A stretch of DNA of 64,000 nucleotides from Heteronotia binoei (GCF_032191835.1 NC_083243.1:151590001-151654000), one strand, 5' to 3'; numbered from the stretch's first letter, positions 37,221 through 50,722 are shown. Translations and numbers: made by a program. Notes: generated by a model from the letters alone, not told the origin.

Positions 37221-38789
37221 ATCCCAGACCAAAGGTTATTACTGTATGTTCCAGTGCCTCCTGACTGGTCATGCAAGTTCTAGTGCAAGCGGAAAAGCAA
37301 GTGGGGATACAATAACTTTGTGTAAGTGGCTACCAACCTTTTCCTTATGTTTCAGCTTATGAAAGAGCTATACTGCAAGTGGAAATTTTGGGGTGGATTC
37401 CACAGATTATCAGGAAAGGCATTCCAAGCATATGGGGAAGCTAAAGAAAAGAAAGAATGGAATGAGACAAAAGACAAATCCAGCATCTAATAAGAATACA
37501 AAGTGTGGAAAATTATGTACATAGAGTGTAAAAGAACCTGCTTTTAAAGTATTTAATAGTGCAATCCTATGTAGAATTACTCCAGTCTAAGCCTTTTGAA
37601 ATGAATGTGTTTAGATTGGAGTAACTATCCTGAGCATTGCACTGCCAATTATATTAAATGCACCTCCTTAAAAAAAACCCCAAACACTAAGACTTTTCTT
37701 TTTTATTATATGATAATTTAGAAATTTATATATTGTTAAAAATGTCTGTCCTTTCTTTTAACTTAATGGCCTTCAAAATGGCTAACAATTTCAAAATAAT
37801 ATTAATTAAGCCCTTCAAGAAACAATTGCACATTAGACAACTAAAAGCACCAGTAATCCCAGACCATCATTTCCAAAGCAAGGCTGTGTTAAACTGTTGT
37901 ACTCATTTTGTCAAGTTTTTTGCACTTGTAAAATAAGGAACACTCTGTATGTTCTGTGCAGCTCTGAAGCAAAACAGAAACATTTCAAATAAAAAAAATC
38001 TATTAAATTCACATGGGCAACAAACATGGTTGAATACTGAAAATAAGAGCACCTCCTTGGTCATGTTACCACTTCTCAAGTATTGCTTTAGTTAATGGAT
38101 TTGAAAAATAAAAAGTATTTTTCTTACTAAAAAATTTCTCCCACACTGTGGTGATGTCTGGATCCCCAGATATTGATGCTTGTAGTCAGGTTTCACCAAA
38201 TAAATTGGTCTCTTTGGGCAAGATTGGCAACATGCACACATACAAGTGTTAAATAATGATACAACTAGAGATGTAAAATTTCTAAAACTTTTGAAGCTCA
38301 GAAAAAAGCCAAATTTTTCCCGTTTTTTTTAAACTGGAAATTTTTGGAAAAATTGAAAAAAATGCTACATTAGCACTTCTTTTTTCTTTTCAAGATTGAA
38401 AGTCATTCTTTTACTTTAGGAACATAAAATATTACTATGGACAATTTTACTTGGCATTATCATAACTAGCATATTAAAAATATAGTGTATCCAAGCAATT
38501 ATTACAAACAGAATTTACTTTTAAAATAATATTTATTTGTAATTGTAACAAATGGAGCAACAATCTCCTGAACTGTTTACTAGTTTATGTGGAACGGACA
38601 AAAAAACCTCCACAAAACAATTTTTAAAAATCCAGAAGTAACAATTATTCATATTTCCTTTCCGCAGTATTAAATAAAAATAAAAAGCCCATTCTCACAA
38701 AAAGAATTGAAGAGGCGGGAAGTATATAGAAGGGAGTATGGGACTAAGTTTCAATGAATGGGCATGAAATTTAATCAGAATCATTTTCT

Positions 38790-40720
38790 GAGCTGTAATT
38801 ACCAGTTTCAGTCTCTGCTTCTGCAGCTACTCTGTTGTTTCTGTCATTATCGCAGTTATGGACTTCTAAAAACTGAAGGTTTGCCCAGATTGAAACAAAC
38901 TTCTCTACCCTTTCATATGTCAGTTTATTTCTTGATTTAGTGTGAGTGTTTCCAAACATAGACCAGATTCTTTCACTTGCTAAAGGAGGAATCTGAAGAA
39001 GAGGAGAAGCAAGAGGAGTCAGAGGCTGTGTTGTGCAAAGACCTTGCCACAATGTTGCAGGAGGAATATGTTTGGCAGAATCCCAGATTGCATTCCTGGA
39101 CCAAATCCCTGAAGATGTTCTGTATTCTGCAACATTTGAAAGTACCTTTCCAACATTGTCCTAAATGTGATGCTTGTTTAGTAATCCAGTCAAATGCAGT
39201 AACAGTGCTATCATCACTTATATTTCTACCTTTGAATCTTGGATCCAGCAGATTTGCAGCAGCATGAATTGGATGGCAACAAAATTCTTCCTTTTTTTAA
39301 AATAAAATCTTTCACTTTACTTTCTTTTATAGTTGTAAGTGGAGATATACTGCGATTTTCAAAACCAGTTGTTTTTATCTTGGTCATTAGATAAGGAATT
39401 TCTGACAAAAGTGCACTGTTTGATTCAGATGCAGTGATTGCTGCAGCAATTGGCCTTAGAATCTTCAGGAAATTTTGCAGCTGAACCCAGAAGACATCCT
39501 GATCAAGAACAGTGTTTCTTACACTCCTGGGTACTTTGAGATCTTCAACTATTACTGTTTCTTGAAGAGTTTCTTTTTTTTTTTAGTAAACTTTCAAAGG
39601 AGATCACCACTCCAGCCCACCGTGTTTTACTACAGAGCTTCAGTGTCACTATTTAATTCTTTGCATTTTTTCCCTACTTGATCCTTCTTGAAAACTGCAG
39701 CTACAATATGAGTACCTTTTACATGTTTTATAACTTCTTTTGCTTGTCTATAGATCATTTGAAGGATGTCCAGTTTCATAATATCGTTAAGAAGCAAGTT
39801 TAGCCCATGAGATGCACATCCTATTGCAGTAATCTGTGGATACTTATCCATTATGATCTCCCATGCTGCTTTCTTATTGCTGGCATTGTCAGTTAGCAAA
39901 GCAAATATTTACCACTCCCAACTTTCTGTAGAACTTCACATATTTTACAGCTGATATACTCTGCAGTATGTTCTCTCGTGTTTCAATGCTTTTGTAAAAA
40001 ACTGGTTGAGGTGTAGTTATAAGAAAATTTATAATACCTTTTCCTCTCACATTTGCCAACCATCTGTGAGTAGTGCAAGACACAGTGCTTCATTAATTTT
40101 TCTTTGCACAGATTCCATTACATGTTCATATTCTGACTCCAAAAGAGGCTTGCTCAAAGAATGTCTGCTGGGCAAATGGTATGATGGTCTTAGTAATTTT
40201 AAAGCTTTCTACCAATATGTATTTTCAGTTATTGAAAATGGTGTTCCAGAAGAATATATTGCTCTTGCAAGAACTTAATCAATTTTTTCCTGATCTTCAG
40301 GTGTAATCTTGTCTACAAATGAATTAATTGAATAATTTTTGGATGCAGCTGTCTTCAGTATCTCTTCACTTGATGCTGCTGCTGATGGGACAACACTTTG
40401 TGTTGCTGCTGATGTTACAGATGGAGTAGAAAGCGGACTTCTTGAACTAGAACATTGAGGAAAACTGTGCATTTTCATCATTGTGGTTCTCTTCACTTAC
40501 ATCCATGAAGGATTTTTTTAATATCTACAGGACACTTGTTACATAAAAGAGTGTGTTTTGTCATCCTGGTAGCATTTGGAAATGCATATTTCATCTGACA
40601 ATATTTGCAAATCACATTTTTCTTAGAAGAATTTGTAATGTGAAAATGCCTCCATATGCTAGATGTTGATCTCACCATTTTCCTGAGGGGAGTAGGAAAA
40701 AAGAAAAATAATGTAATGGT
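38790..40720 (-). pseudogene. hAT transposase (BED finger, DUF659-like core, dimerisation domain), disrupted
   Basis: SSIWRHF...VICKYC...TRMTKHTLLC, GKGIINFLITTP, TDNASN, GCASHGLNLL (CxxH), ASERIWSMFG..HTKSRNKL. Confidence 0.88.
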
Positions 40721-40987
40721 TAGTTTGCAAGAAGACACTAATCTATGGTTGTGGGTGGGAAGTAAAGAATCAAATTAGTAGTAATTAAATTATTATTTAC
40801 ACAAAGGTTAAAAAGATAAACTAATGTAATTAAATGATTCTGTTTTCTGGAATCAGATAAATGAAAACTCTTACCTTTTAAAATTAAGTATATACTTTCA
40901 GGCAGGGCTCATTTCCAGGGGGAACGCACAGGAACAACATTCTGGGAGAGAAGATACAAATTATTTATTTATTTTTTACCTTATAAG

Positions 40988-41181
40988 AAGTGTTCCCTCT
41001 AAGCTGAGTTAGCGTGAGCTAGCTCACAGATTTTTAGCCTCAAGCTTACACATTTTTGTCTTAGCTCAGGAAGAATGACCCCAGAGCACAATAATTTATG
41101 CAGCAGCTCACAACTTTAATGCCAGTAGCTCGCAAAGTAGAATTTTTGCTCACAAAACTCTGCAGCTTAGAGGGAACATTG
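40988..41181. mobile_element. hAT-type MITE nested in the large hAT
   Basis: TIR (A/C)A(G/A)TGTTCCCTCTAAGCTG with a perfect 8-bp TSD CTTATAAG (40980-40987, 41182-41189). Confidence 0.92.
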
Positions 41182-41619
41182 CTTATAAGGCCACGAACAT
41201 GGTGAAGTTCTCCAAGTCTGTCTCTCCAAGTCTGCTATTGCAGACTTCTGGAGCTTCACAGGCTACAGTATCAGCTAGCTCAATTCCAATTAAAAAAACC
41301 CTAGAAAAGATTTTACGTTTTTTCCTGGTTTTGTTGGGATGTATGTTTGTTGGTTGGACTGCTTTTGGTTTCTGGATGGTTGGCCTTTGCTTGGCTGTTC
41401 CTCTCTTGAGCCTGAGACAAGTTTGGCCAGGCCTGGTGGTGACCTGACCTATTGAACTGCTGGTGGTGTTTTACTGTTTTTCCTGGCTGTGTTGAATGCC
41501 TGTGTGCCTTTATAAAGACTTTTGGGGTGCCCACAGATAGGTCCAGGTTTTTTCAGCCTTGGGGGTTCCTTAGGGGAGAATCCCCTGCAGCTGCCCTGCA
41601 GTTTTGGGGGCTCTCCCTC

Positions 41620-42029
41620 AAACCCCCTGTCTGCCAGTTGCCTTTTATTATACTTTATGTTTTGCCATTGACTTCAATAGCCCATAGGGTATAATGGTGG
41701 GATGGGGGCACCCTCTTTGGGTGCCCCGGAATGGGACCCCTGGTGCAATGTTTTTGGGACTTTGGGGTTCCTTGGGGGAGAGTCCCCTGAAGCTGCTGTC
41801 CTCCAAACCTGCTCCTCTCCAGGCAGCTTCCATTATACCCTATGTTGCCATTGACTTCAGTGGCCCATAGGGTATAATGCAACCGAGTATCCTGAAATAT
41901 GCCAATATCTCCTATATATTCGGATATACTGGACACTGGTATTTGGAAATATCTGTAATTCCGGATAGTTTGACCCTGAATATTTCCGGATATGGATATT
42001 ACTGATTTTTTGTTGTGTGTACAGCCCTA
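41620..42029. mobile_element. One-ended non-autonomous hAT-like element with internal repeats
   Basis: Repeated TTGCCATTGACTTCA.T.GCCCATAGGGTATAATG (about 41663 and 41845), CCGGATA-type repeats, and terminus GTGTACAGCCCTA at 42029. The left end was not found. Confidence 0.5.
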
Positions 42030-44383
42030 CTGGCAAAATAAAATTACAGAAACAAGAATGTAAGGCCTTTTACTGGACCAATCAAATTAGTGCAAAATAA
42101 AATTAACCATGCAAAAAAAATGGTGTAAGCTGGAAAGAAGTGGCAAGTCCCAGTCAGAGAAACCGGCCTTGACTTTCTGGACTCCTAAAAGACTCTCGAG
42201 AAAAGGGTTGTTTTCAAGAGCTGTTGCAAGCTTAATAGCCAGATAATCTCCCTGGAATGTGGGTCACAAAAGTTTGGAGTGCAGAGTGAGAAGCCTCTCT
42301 CACTCCCCCTTCCTTTCTCTATCTCCCCCTGCCTTCTGTCCCCCATCTCCCCCCCCCCCAAAAAAAAGTAACATGACAGGCCATGCATGCACTCTGGCTG
42401 GCATACATCCATTGTCTTCTCATGGGGATTCCTCCCCCTACTCCACAGGAGGCAAAGAGCCAGTCAGTAGGTGGCCAAGGCCAAGATGTCCCTCCCTACA
42501 AGCTGCCTCAAGTCTCTCCTTCCTTCCTCCATCTATTCTCTCTCTCTCTATTCCCACCTCTTTTACTCTTTCCTCCCATATCTCTCTCTCCCTCCCCTCC
42601 TCTATTTGTCTCAAAATGAGGGAGCTATTGTTTGTCAAATGAATCTCTCTGTGAAAGAGTTTGTAGTGGTGGCTGTTGAATGAATACAATGGGAGCCAGG
42701 CTGTTTGTGACAGGTGAACTGCTTTTGCTTTTCCAGTGACTGCTTCTGGATCTTGTATGTCATAATAGGATCTCGGGAACAGACACGGTTCAAAAACTTC
42801 AGGCAAGTAAGGGAAAGTTGTTTTTTTGCTGTGGGATGTAGTTTTGATGGAAGTCTTTTCTTGCTGTTCTCTGTGTGATGCACATTGCTGTATCACGGTG
42901 CTGAGATATTGAGGACTTTGAAGAGTGAGATGCTTTCTGTAGCTTAGGCAGTTTTTCTCCAGATTGCCAGCTCTGAGTTAGGAAATACCTGGAGATTTTG
43001 GGGTGGAGCCTGAGCGGTGGGTATTGCCTTCTGACACACTTCTGGTGATGTCAGGGGGTGTGGCATATGCAAATAATTTATGCTAGTGAGTTCCTGGAAA
43101 GCTTTTCCTACAAAATGACCCTTGCTTTCGGGTACTTTTTGTTGCTCTGTATTTTCTTCCAATGCTTTGAGGCATAGTGAAGCCTGAGTGCCAGTATACC
43201 CACCCACATGCAAAAACAAAACCGAAACCTTTTTCTTTTCTTGTGACAATAGCACCTCCTAAAGGAAGAAATGCATCTTGTTCTTGCATTGGAGAGTTCA
43301 GTTTGTAACCTAGGACTTTCTTGTCCTCAGTGCACAGAAATTAGAATAATCTGATATCATACATATTTTTTTAGAAATGATTTGGGAAATATTTGAATAT
43401 CTTGTCTTAAAATATTTTATTCATCATGTTAAAATAAAATGTTCCATAATCAATTTTCTTCTTTTCTTTATTCAATTTTTCCAATTTTTTTTTGAAAAAA
43501 AAACCACCCAAAAAAGGCTTCAGGGGGAAAAAGGGGGGGGGGGGGAATCTGGTTTTTTTTTTTCAAATTTTTCCAGTTTTCTTTTCAGGCTTTCACATCT
43601 TTATATACAAATGCTGCTTCTGTTCCTGCTACTGCTACTGTATATGATGATACAAGAGTACTGAAGTATAGAATGATGGACAGAAAATATATTATCATCA
43701 TACCTTATTATTATTCCTTCTAGTATTCTGTATCAGTCATATGGCTTATGTTCAGTTCCCATAACAAACCTCAACACACTGATCTGGCTGGAAAAAGTAT
43801 TTCAGGCTAAATTTCCCCCATGAGATGGTAAAACCTGACTAAATGTAATGTGATTTTGACTTCATGCAGGTCATGACTCTGGAATATGCACACTCACCCC
43901 ATGTGCATGCTGAATAGTGGCGTACCAGAGCATTTTTCTCAGCATGGCAGCTTCTTTGCTTCATCCAAAAGCAGGGTGTAATTGGGCCAGGCCAGGCTGG
44001 ATCATCAACTGGAGCACCTTCTTGTCTTGCCTTCATAATGCCAGCAGCCCTGTCCTGCACTGTACTGAATCGGCATGCAATGCTACTACTCTGTGTGCTC
44101 AAACTGTGATGTGGGCATGAGAGATTGCCAGCATACTTTTGAAGAGCAGAAGCTATCACTGCCACTGCCCCCAACAGGTCATATTGCCCCAAGGGCCAGT
44201 ATAATCCTCATCTCTTCCTTCTTTTGTTTTGCCAGGAGAAGACCAGCATCTTCACAAGTCAACACCACTTTTCATTCAGCACTATGTTCTGAAAATATCT
44301 TCCTATGGAGGATGTGGATGGGCAGTAGAATTTACTCTCTTATATTAAAAATGAGCAAAATGCCATTCTATCTGGATTGGATA

Positions 44384-44602
44384 TCTGTATTCCCAGATAC
44401 TGATGCTTGCAGTCAGATTTTACCAAACAAATTGGTCTCTTTGGGCAAGATTGGCAACATGCACACATACAGGTGTTAAATAATAATACAACTGCTGCTC
44501 CTGCTCCTGATTATGATGATACAAGAGTACTGAAGTATAGGATGATGGATGGAAAACATATCATCACCAAACCTTATTACTATTCCTTCTAGTATGCTGT
44601 AT
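44384..44602 (+). repeat. Local duplicate of the hAT-flanking sequence (empty site)
   Basis: It aligns with 38157-38265 joined to 43604-43733, and carries a single target AATACAAC at 44485-44492. Confidence 0.9.
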
Positions 44603-46412
44603 AATCTGAGACCTGGGCTAGGGAAGGTGAAAAAAGTTGAAAAAGCTAGAACCCCAGGTTTCTTGATCTTCCATCAGTCCCAGACAACTAGGCAGGGGGT
44701 TGGCAATACCCATCTGAGAGTCATTTTCCTTCAGGGCACTCCCTGCTCCAAAGATCTCCAGTAATGATTGTGTTGGCTTGAAGTGGAATACTAGGGACAG
44801 TTTGGCTGTCTGGCTATACTGACCACCCAGCACACCAGGAGACAGCCTTATGGCTAACAGAAATCAGGAAGTTTATATTTAAGAAGCATGGATAGAAGTA
44901 TGGTGTCAGTTCCTTCACAATCAGTCTGAAAAGGGTATGGAAGTTGTTGCAGCCAGTAAATGCAACTAGACCTCTGAAGTAGCATTTCTGGATGAACTAC
45001 CATGAAATCTAATGGTGACTGAATTATGGGGCTTGGAATTTAGGGCATATTCAGGAATGTATTATTAAGTTAAATGAATCAGGTTTTGGAAATGACTAAT
45101 AAATACTACTAGAGAAACTTCTGTCATAATATATAGATCTGTACTTCAACAGCTGTGTGATGATGTACATCTACATTTAGAAATGTGAAATATCAGATTG
45201 CAAGACTATATGCAAATTAATTGTCTGTGAATATATGGTTAGAATGACTTCAAGATTGTGAAATTCCAGTTACCCAAGCTCATCTATTGAAAGTCTTATT
45301 ATTAATCTATAGTTATATGTAATATGTAGAACAGTAAAAATAATAATAGTTACAAGGCTACAAGATAGCGCAATTTGGTGATGGAGAGTATAGCACTGTA
45401 GTGCCATTCTAAGCTCATGGGCATCAATGGACTTAGAAAGTTGTACTTGTGCTTAGGATGGGCACTTCTAGACAGAATTTCTATTTCTGGTTTCAGACAT
45501 GAACTCATCAGTTAGACTTTTCCCTCTACTTTAGAATTTAGTTTGATGGACAGTTAGAGAAATGGTCCCATATGAAAACCTGTGTCTTAAAATTCATGGG
45601 ATATGCAAAGGACTGTCATTGAAAAGTCCAGCAGTGATTGTATTACTGTACTCAAGATACTACACTAATTCATGAAAAATGACTCCAAAGAATATGCCAC
45701 CATCAACTGTTGTCCTTCCATAAGGACTCAAATATCCAATGATACAAATCAGCCCCCCCTTGTCCAAATGGGTTACATGGAACAGCTAATGAATTCCAGA
45801 TCAGATTTCTTCTTTCTGATATGTGACACAGCTCGCCTCTTCCCAAAGTTCACTGTCAGCCATTTGTGAGATGCATCCTGAGAATCTTTCAGATGAAGGC
45901 ACGCCAGAGGGCTCCATTATCTCATGTGATAATCTGTCCTGCTCAATGCTATCATACAGTGAAACCTTTTGGAAAACTGTTTGAAGGCGACTATGCCAAG
46001 AAGCTGGTCAGCTTGTCCAGATTATTTTGATTTATGGAGATAAATTAGGTTAATGAGTTGGCTTATCGTGCCATTATACTGTGCATTATAGAATTATTAC
46101 CACCCTATGAGTACTGGTAAATGAAGCACTAAGGTTAACTCTGTACATGTAGTCCTATGTTATTCAGTACTCCCAGGAAAGTGTTTTTAGAATTGCAACC
46201 CATGTTTCTGAAGAGTATAACTTTAGAGTACATGGGGGAGGGGGGAGTGTGTCATTGAATGCTCTTCCATTGCACACTATTTAGTGTCATTCTGATTAAT
46301 AATAGATCTTTTCCCCTGGGTTTTCAGGGTTTTGATTGCCTGGACAGGCTGTGTGTATGTAGACTCTGTGCAATTCTGATGAATATGTAAGAGGAAGAAT
46401 CATGTATTCACT

Positions 46413-46718
46413 TGTTGATTCTGTGTTTAATGTGGGTTGCTAGTTCCTGCTTGACTCATTGGAACTTTTTAGGACTGAGCTTGGGGACTCCGGAACAATG
46501 GGAAGCTGGATCCAAATCTCTCCTTCTCCAGACCAATCGCTAGCCCCCTGCTGGTTCAAATGATCCAATGACATTCAAGAGCGGGAACCTTGAGTGTATG
46601 TAGTTGGCCCCATTGGCCCAGTCTGGTAGTCTTAGTTTAACCGTTGCTATGCTGTAATCACTAATAAAGAGCTTTGATCAATTGCAACCAAGTCTCCTCA
46701 TGCACCAAACCCAGTACA
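46413..46718 (+). mobile_element. Solo Gypsy LTR (about 306 bp) related to the LTR at 18239
   Basis: TGTTG...TACA termini, AATAAA near 46663, and shared blocks such as AGCTTGGGGACT..GGAACAATGGG and AAATGATCCAATG. The TSD is imperfect (TTCAC near both ends). Confidence 0.75.
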
Positions 46719-46886
46719 TTTCACCACTGACCACAGATACATAATCTGTACATAGTTTCTGTCTTCCTCAGAGGGGCTGTGATCCAAAACACAGACAGCT
46801 GCTGTTCGACTTCCATGATTTTGAACAGACTATATGTGTAAATTAGAAGAATAGATCATGGCACAGACTTTTACATTTGAGAATTC

Positions 46887-47096
46887 TTCATTTATACCAC
46901 ACCTTTCTCCCCATTGGGATTCAAATCAGCTTGCCTCATTTTCTCCATTTTATCTTCACAAAAACCTTGTGAGGTCACTTAGGCTGAGAATGTAACTGGC
47001 TCAAGGTTACGCAGTGAGCTTCCATGGCAGATTGGGGATTCGAACCTGTGTCTCCTAGGTACTAATCTGATACCATAACTGCTATGCCACATTGCT
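46887..47096 (-). mobile_element. tRNA-derived SINE (Squam3/MIR-like)
   Basis: The minus strand has box A-like TGGCATAGCAG and box B GGTTCGAATCC, followed by the CCATGGAAGCTCACTG core and an L2-like tail. Confidence 0.75.
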
Positions 47097-47629
47097 TTTA
47101 TAAACAGCCTACAAACCATCTGATAATGCTGTTAAATGACTAAATATTTAAATGACTAAACATTTAAAATATAATTGTTAAATCACATGGGTCCTATGAT
47201 GACAGAGTTAACAAAGAGAACAAAGAAACCTGTACACAATTACAGCTTTTTCCACACATAAGAGTACACAATGGCTTTCAGTCTAGCATGTCAGCTGAAA
47301 CAGAAGAGCCTAGCATTTTAAACAATGAAAGACTCAACCCAGCTCAGTTCTTCCTTGATTCGTTGATTGGCATAATGCAGGATTCATCCAGCTCTTATAT
47401 TACAAAGACTATAAATAGAGCCAATATTTTTTTAAAAATCCTTTTATCCTTCAGGCACCAAATGCAAACACATGTCCTCTTTGAGTGGAAAACTTACTTA
47501 ATCCAGAGATTTAAAAAAAAAATCCTGAATGTAATTACAATGGATCTTATTTTCTTAACTGCATGACCAGCTATGAGGACAATAAGGTCCACACCAAAAT
47601 CAGCATTCACTTTTTCTTTCTTTTTTAAA

Positions 47630-47950
47630 AAGAACTATATTTATTTGTTTATTTAAAATTCTAGGTTCAATGCAATGTCCAAATGCAATAAAACATTATA
47701 AAAGTAAAATTAACCAATGAACAGTACATTTTTGCCACAGACAATAAAATTCTACAGCTAGGAAATAAAACTCAGTCTTCCAGCACTTGAGCATCTAAAG
47801 GCCACCAGAAATATAAACAAGTCTTGTGTTCTTTTTTAAAGGATGCAAAAGAGGGACTAGTTTTAACCTCAATGAGAAGGTTGTTCCACAGTCTTGACAC
47901 AACTACAGAAAAGAGCCTGTTCTAGGTGCTGGCTTTTTATTTCACATAAA
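47630..47950 (-). mobile_element. L2 3' end fragment
   Basis: TTTATTTGTTTATTT tail, then TTCCACAG..ACAACTACAGAAAAG, like the other L2 ends in this window. Confidence 0.45.
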
Positions 47951-48459
47951 CAGGCTAGCGGGAGAGGGCATCCCAGCAGGCTTGCTGTGCATTGGGGGGA
48001 TTCAATTGCTCCCTACAGGTGCAGCTTTGTGTAACCTAAAACCTGCCACCGAGTTTTAATCTTTACTTGGTCATAAGTCCTGCTAAATTTAATGAGGCTT
48101 TACTTTCAAGCAGTTGTGCATAGGATTGCAGTCTAAAGCTGTGCAGAAGGCCTGGTCATGCAAAAGTAAGGGGGTTGGGGGGGAGAAACAGGATCAAATC
48201 CTTGCTGAGCCATGAAGCTCACTAGGTGAACTTGGGTTAGTCACTTTTAGTCTAAGCTACCTCACAAGGGTTGTTGTGTCAAGATAAAATGGGATGAAAG
48301 AGATTCAGGTTTCAGGTCAGACAAGAAGGGCCAACCACATGTACCCTTTGCCTGTGCCTCATGTTGAGGTCCCACAGCTCCCAAAACACTTGTGTGACCT
48401 CACCAAGGGGCTAGAGCTTTCACTGCCCCTGTACATTGATGGGGTCTTCCCCACACCTT

Positions 48460-48745
48460 GGGCGTTTTTGCACTGACCTTAATCAGCAGCGACGCCCCTC
48501 TTCACCGCGCAGGATCGGCGCAGATTTCGCACTAATTGCCGCGGAGCACCCGGAAGAGCCGGAAAGTCCCGCGGCTTTTGCGGCGCAAATGGAAACTGGT
48601 TTTTGGCAGTTTCCGTTTGCGCCGCAAAAGCCGCGGGACTTTCCGGCTCTTCTGGGTGCTCCGTGGCAATTAGTGCAAAATCCGCGCCGATCCTGCGCAG
48701 TAAAGAGGGGCGTTGCTGCTGATTAAGGTCAGTGCAAAAACGCCC
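48460..48745. mobile_element. 286-bp foldback MITE, PIF/Harbinger-like
   Basis: A near-perfect palindrome centred near 48602, with TIR GGGCGTTTTTGCACTGACCTTAATCAGCAGC and a 3-bp TSD CTT on both sides. Confidence 0.85.
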
Positions 48746-48837
48746 CTTGCAGTCTATTCAATATACCATGTTGGCTCTGGGAAAGATTAGCTAAACATTC
48801 CTAGATTCTATGCATCTTTAAACATTTTGGCCGTCCC

Positions 48838-49550
48838 GACTTCCGGTGTAATGGCGTGGTGAAGCAGAACGAACCTCCAGAGCTCTGGGGGGAAGTTCTG
48901 TTTTGGTGGGCAATTGAGAGACCTTTCCTTGGGAAAGTGTCTCCTAAGAGGTATCAGGGGACACCTCTTAGTCCGGGGAGCTTTTTGGGGACTGGAAGAG
49001 AAGCGGAGGCTCTTCTTTCAGCCCCATTCTGTCCCTTTGGCCGATGCCCTCCAACACTTCGGTGCCTAACTGGGCCACCGGGTAAGGAGCAGACGGGGTG
49101 AGCGAGAATCTCCGTAAGAGACTTCCAACAAGAAGAAATAGAAAGCAGAAAATTGATTCCAACAGAAACATACCTGGACTCAAATATAAAAAGGTATGGT
49201 CCTATAGAACTAAGCAACTGCGATGCAGGCAGAGACAGAGATGCGGACACGGACGCGGAGACGAAGAGCGGTTTGAGAAAAAGAACTGTGGGCAGTATAG
49301 AGCTCCGGCGCGGCGCCGGCAACAGAACGCTTCGTGCCTTGGATAGTGGCACTTGAAGGAGAGTAAGAGAAGGAGAGGCTGGAGAGGTGTATAATTGGGA
49401 AGACTAACCTTCCAAAACAAAGCTGGAAGCCGAAGCCCGTGGAGCTTGGAAAGTCCGGAGAGAAGCGGACAGCAGCTGGCAGAGACACATGGCGACCATA
49501 TGAAGACCGGTGAGTGTTTGGGCCAAGCGGGAGCGAGATGAAAAGAGGGA
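48838..49550 (+). promoter_or_regulatory. Putative L1 internal promoter (CpG-rich 5' UTR start)
   Basis: It starts GACTTCCGG (ETS/GABP-like) and has YY1-like ATGGCG motifs at about 48850 and 49490. CpG content is visibly higher than in the flanks. Confidence 0.6.
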
Positions 49551-50722
49551 AAGCAGAGGAACTGAGAAAGGAAAATAGTTTGTAAGGTCGGAATTGGTGA
49601 AAGAAAGGGGAATTAAGATTTGGAAGGAAAGGAAAAAGAGAGAATTGAAAGTGAAAGAGATGGGGGTTGAAGCGGATGGCGCGGAGGCTGGAAGACGACG
49701 AGGTTTAATGGCGGCTTAAGCAACTAGGAAAGCAGAAATCTCATCTCCAGACAGTAAGAAGACAGAATAGAGTAAAGACTGTACGAATTCATTAAACTTG
49801 GAGAAATAGAGAAAATAGAGAATTGTCTAGGGGAAGAAGTTGAAAAATAAAAGAAGAAGGACGAAGAGCTTTGGATATAATTTTGCATAAGGGTGAGGAA
49901 ACAGTTTTTAGTGGTGACTGCACTGCGGCTGTTTCCCCGCCGAAGATGGGTTTATGGACAGTTTAACAGCAATGTGAGAGAGACATCAGACATAGTAGAA
50001 GCAGAGGAAGGAGATAGTTGGAAGAAAGAAGAAAGAAGGCGGCAGAAGGAGAAAGAAGAAAAGACGGTGAAGAGAGAAGGTTGGACTGAGTTGGACAGTG
50101 TCTGTTTAAGGTTGGACAGTATTCAGTGTGGGGTTAAGGAAGCAGCTAACCTACGTGGCCATATTAGATATTGTGCAAGAATTGTAAGAATTTTAAATAA
50201 CATTGTTTAATATTTAACTGGTGTTTACTGTTGGTAGGAGGGAATAGTGTAGATTGATACAATAATAGTATAAATATTAATAAGTGGTGAAGGGGTGGTT
50301 TCTTGTTCGTTTTTTAAATAGAAGTGATTAATGATGTTAAAATGAATTTCTTGTTTGTAATAGTAGTAGTTATTGGGTTAGATAAGTAATTGATAACTTA
50401 ATTAACTTAATGAATTGATTTAAGTATTTTTTTTGAATTGATTAAGGTATATTAATTAATTGAATTGTCTTAAATATGGATAAAATGAAATGTTTTTGAG
50501 GTATTAATGGGTGAGCAATTACTAGACTATTGAATAAGACATTAGAAACAAATATCTGGGAATTTGGTAACACTGGTACTTATAGACCTATGACATTATA
50601 AGTTTAATAGTTTGGTGAGAACTGTCTGAGTTGTTTGGAGAAAAAAATATTTGAAGCCACAAGAGGGCAATTTATAAAAAGGAACAGGAAATTGAGAAAG
50701 GAACTGTTAATTCTAGTTAGGA

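Larger units (their letters stand above)
38266..43603 (-). mobile_element. Decayed autonomous-type hAT DNA transposon (5.3 kb)
   Basis: Imperfect TIRs TAGAGATGTAAAA / TAAAGATGTGAAA (reverse complement). Degenerate 8-bp TSD GATACAAC / TATACAAA. Mirrored A/T-rich subterminal tracts and transposase remnants. Confidence 0.88.

Noticed and set aside
48954-49352. Antisense ORF0-like frame in the L1 5' UTR
   Set aside because: It starts at GTG rather than ATG and is low-complexity. It is expected from the reverse of purine-rich sequence.
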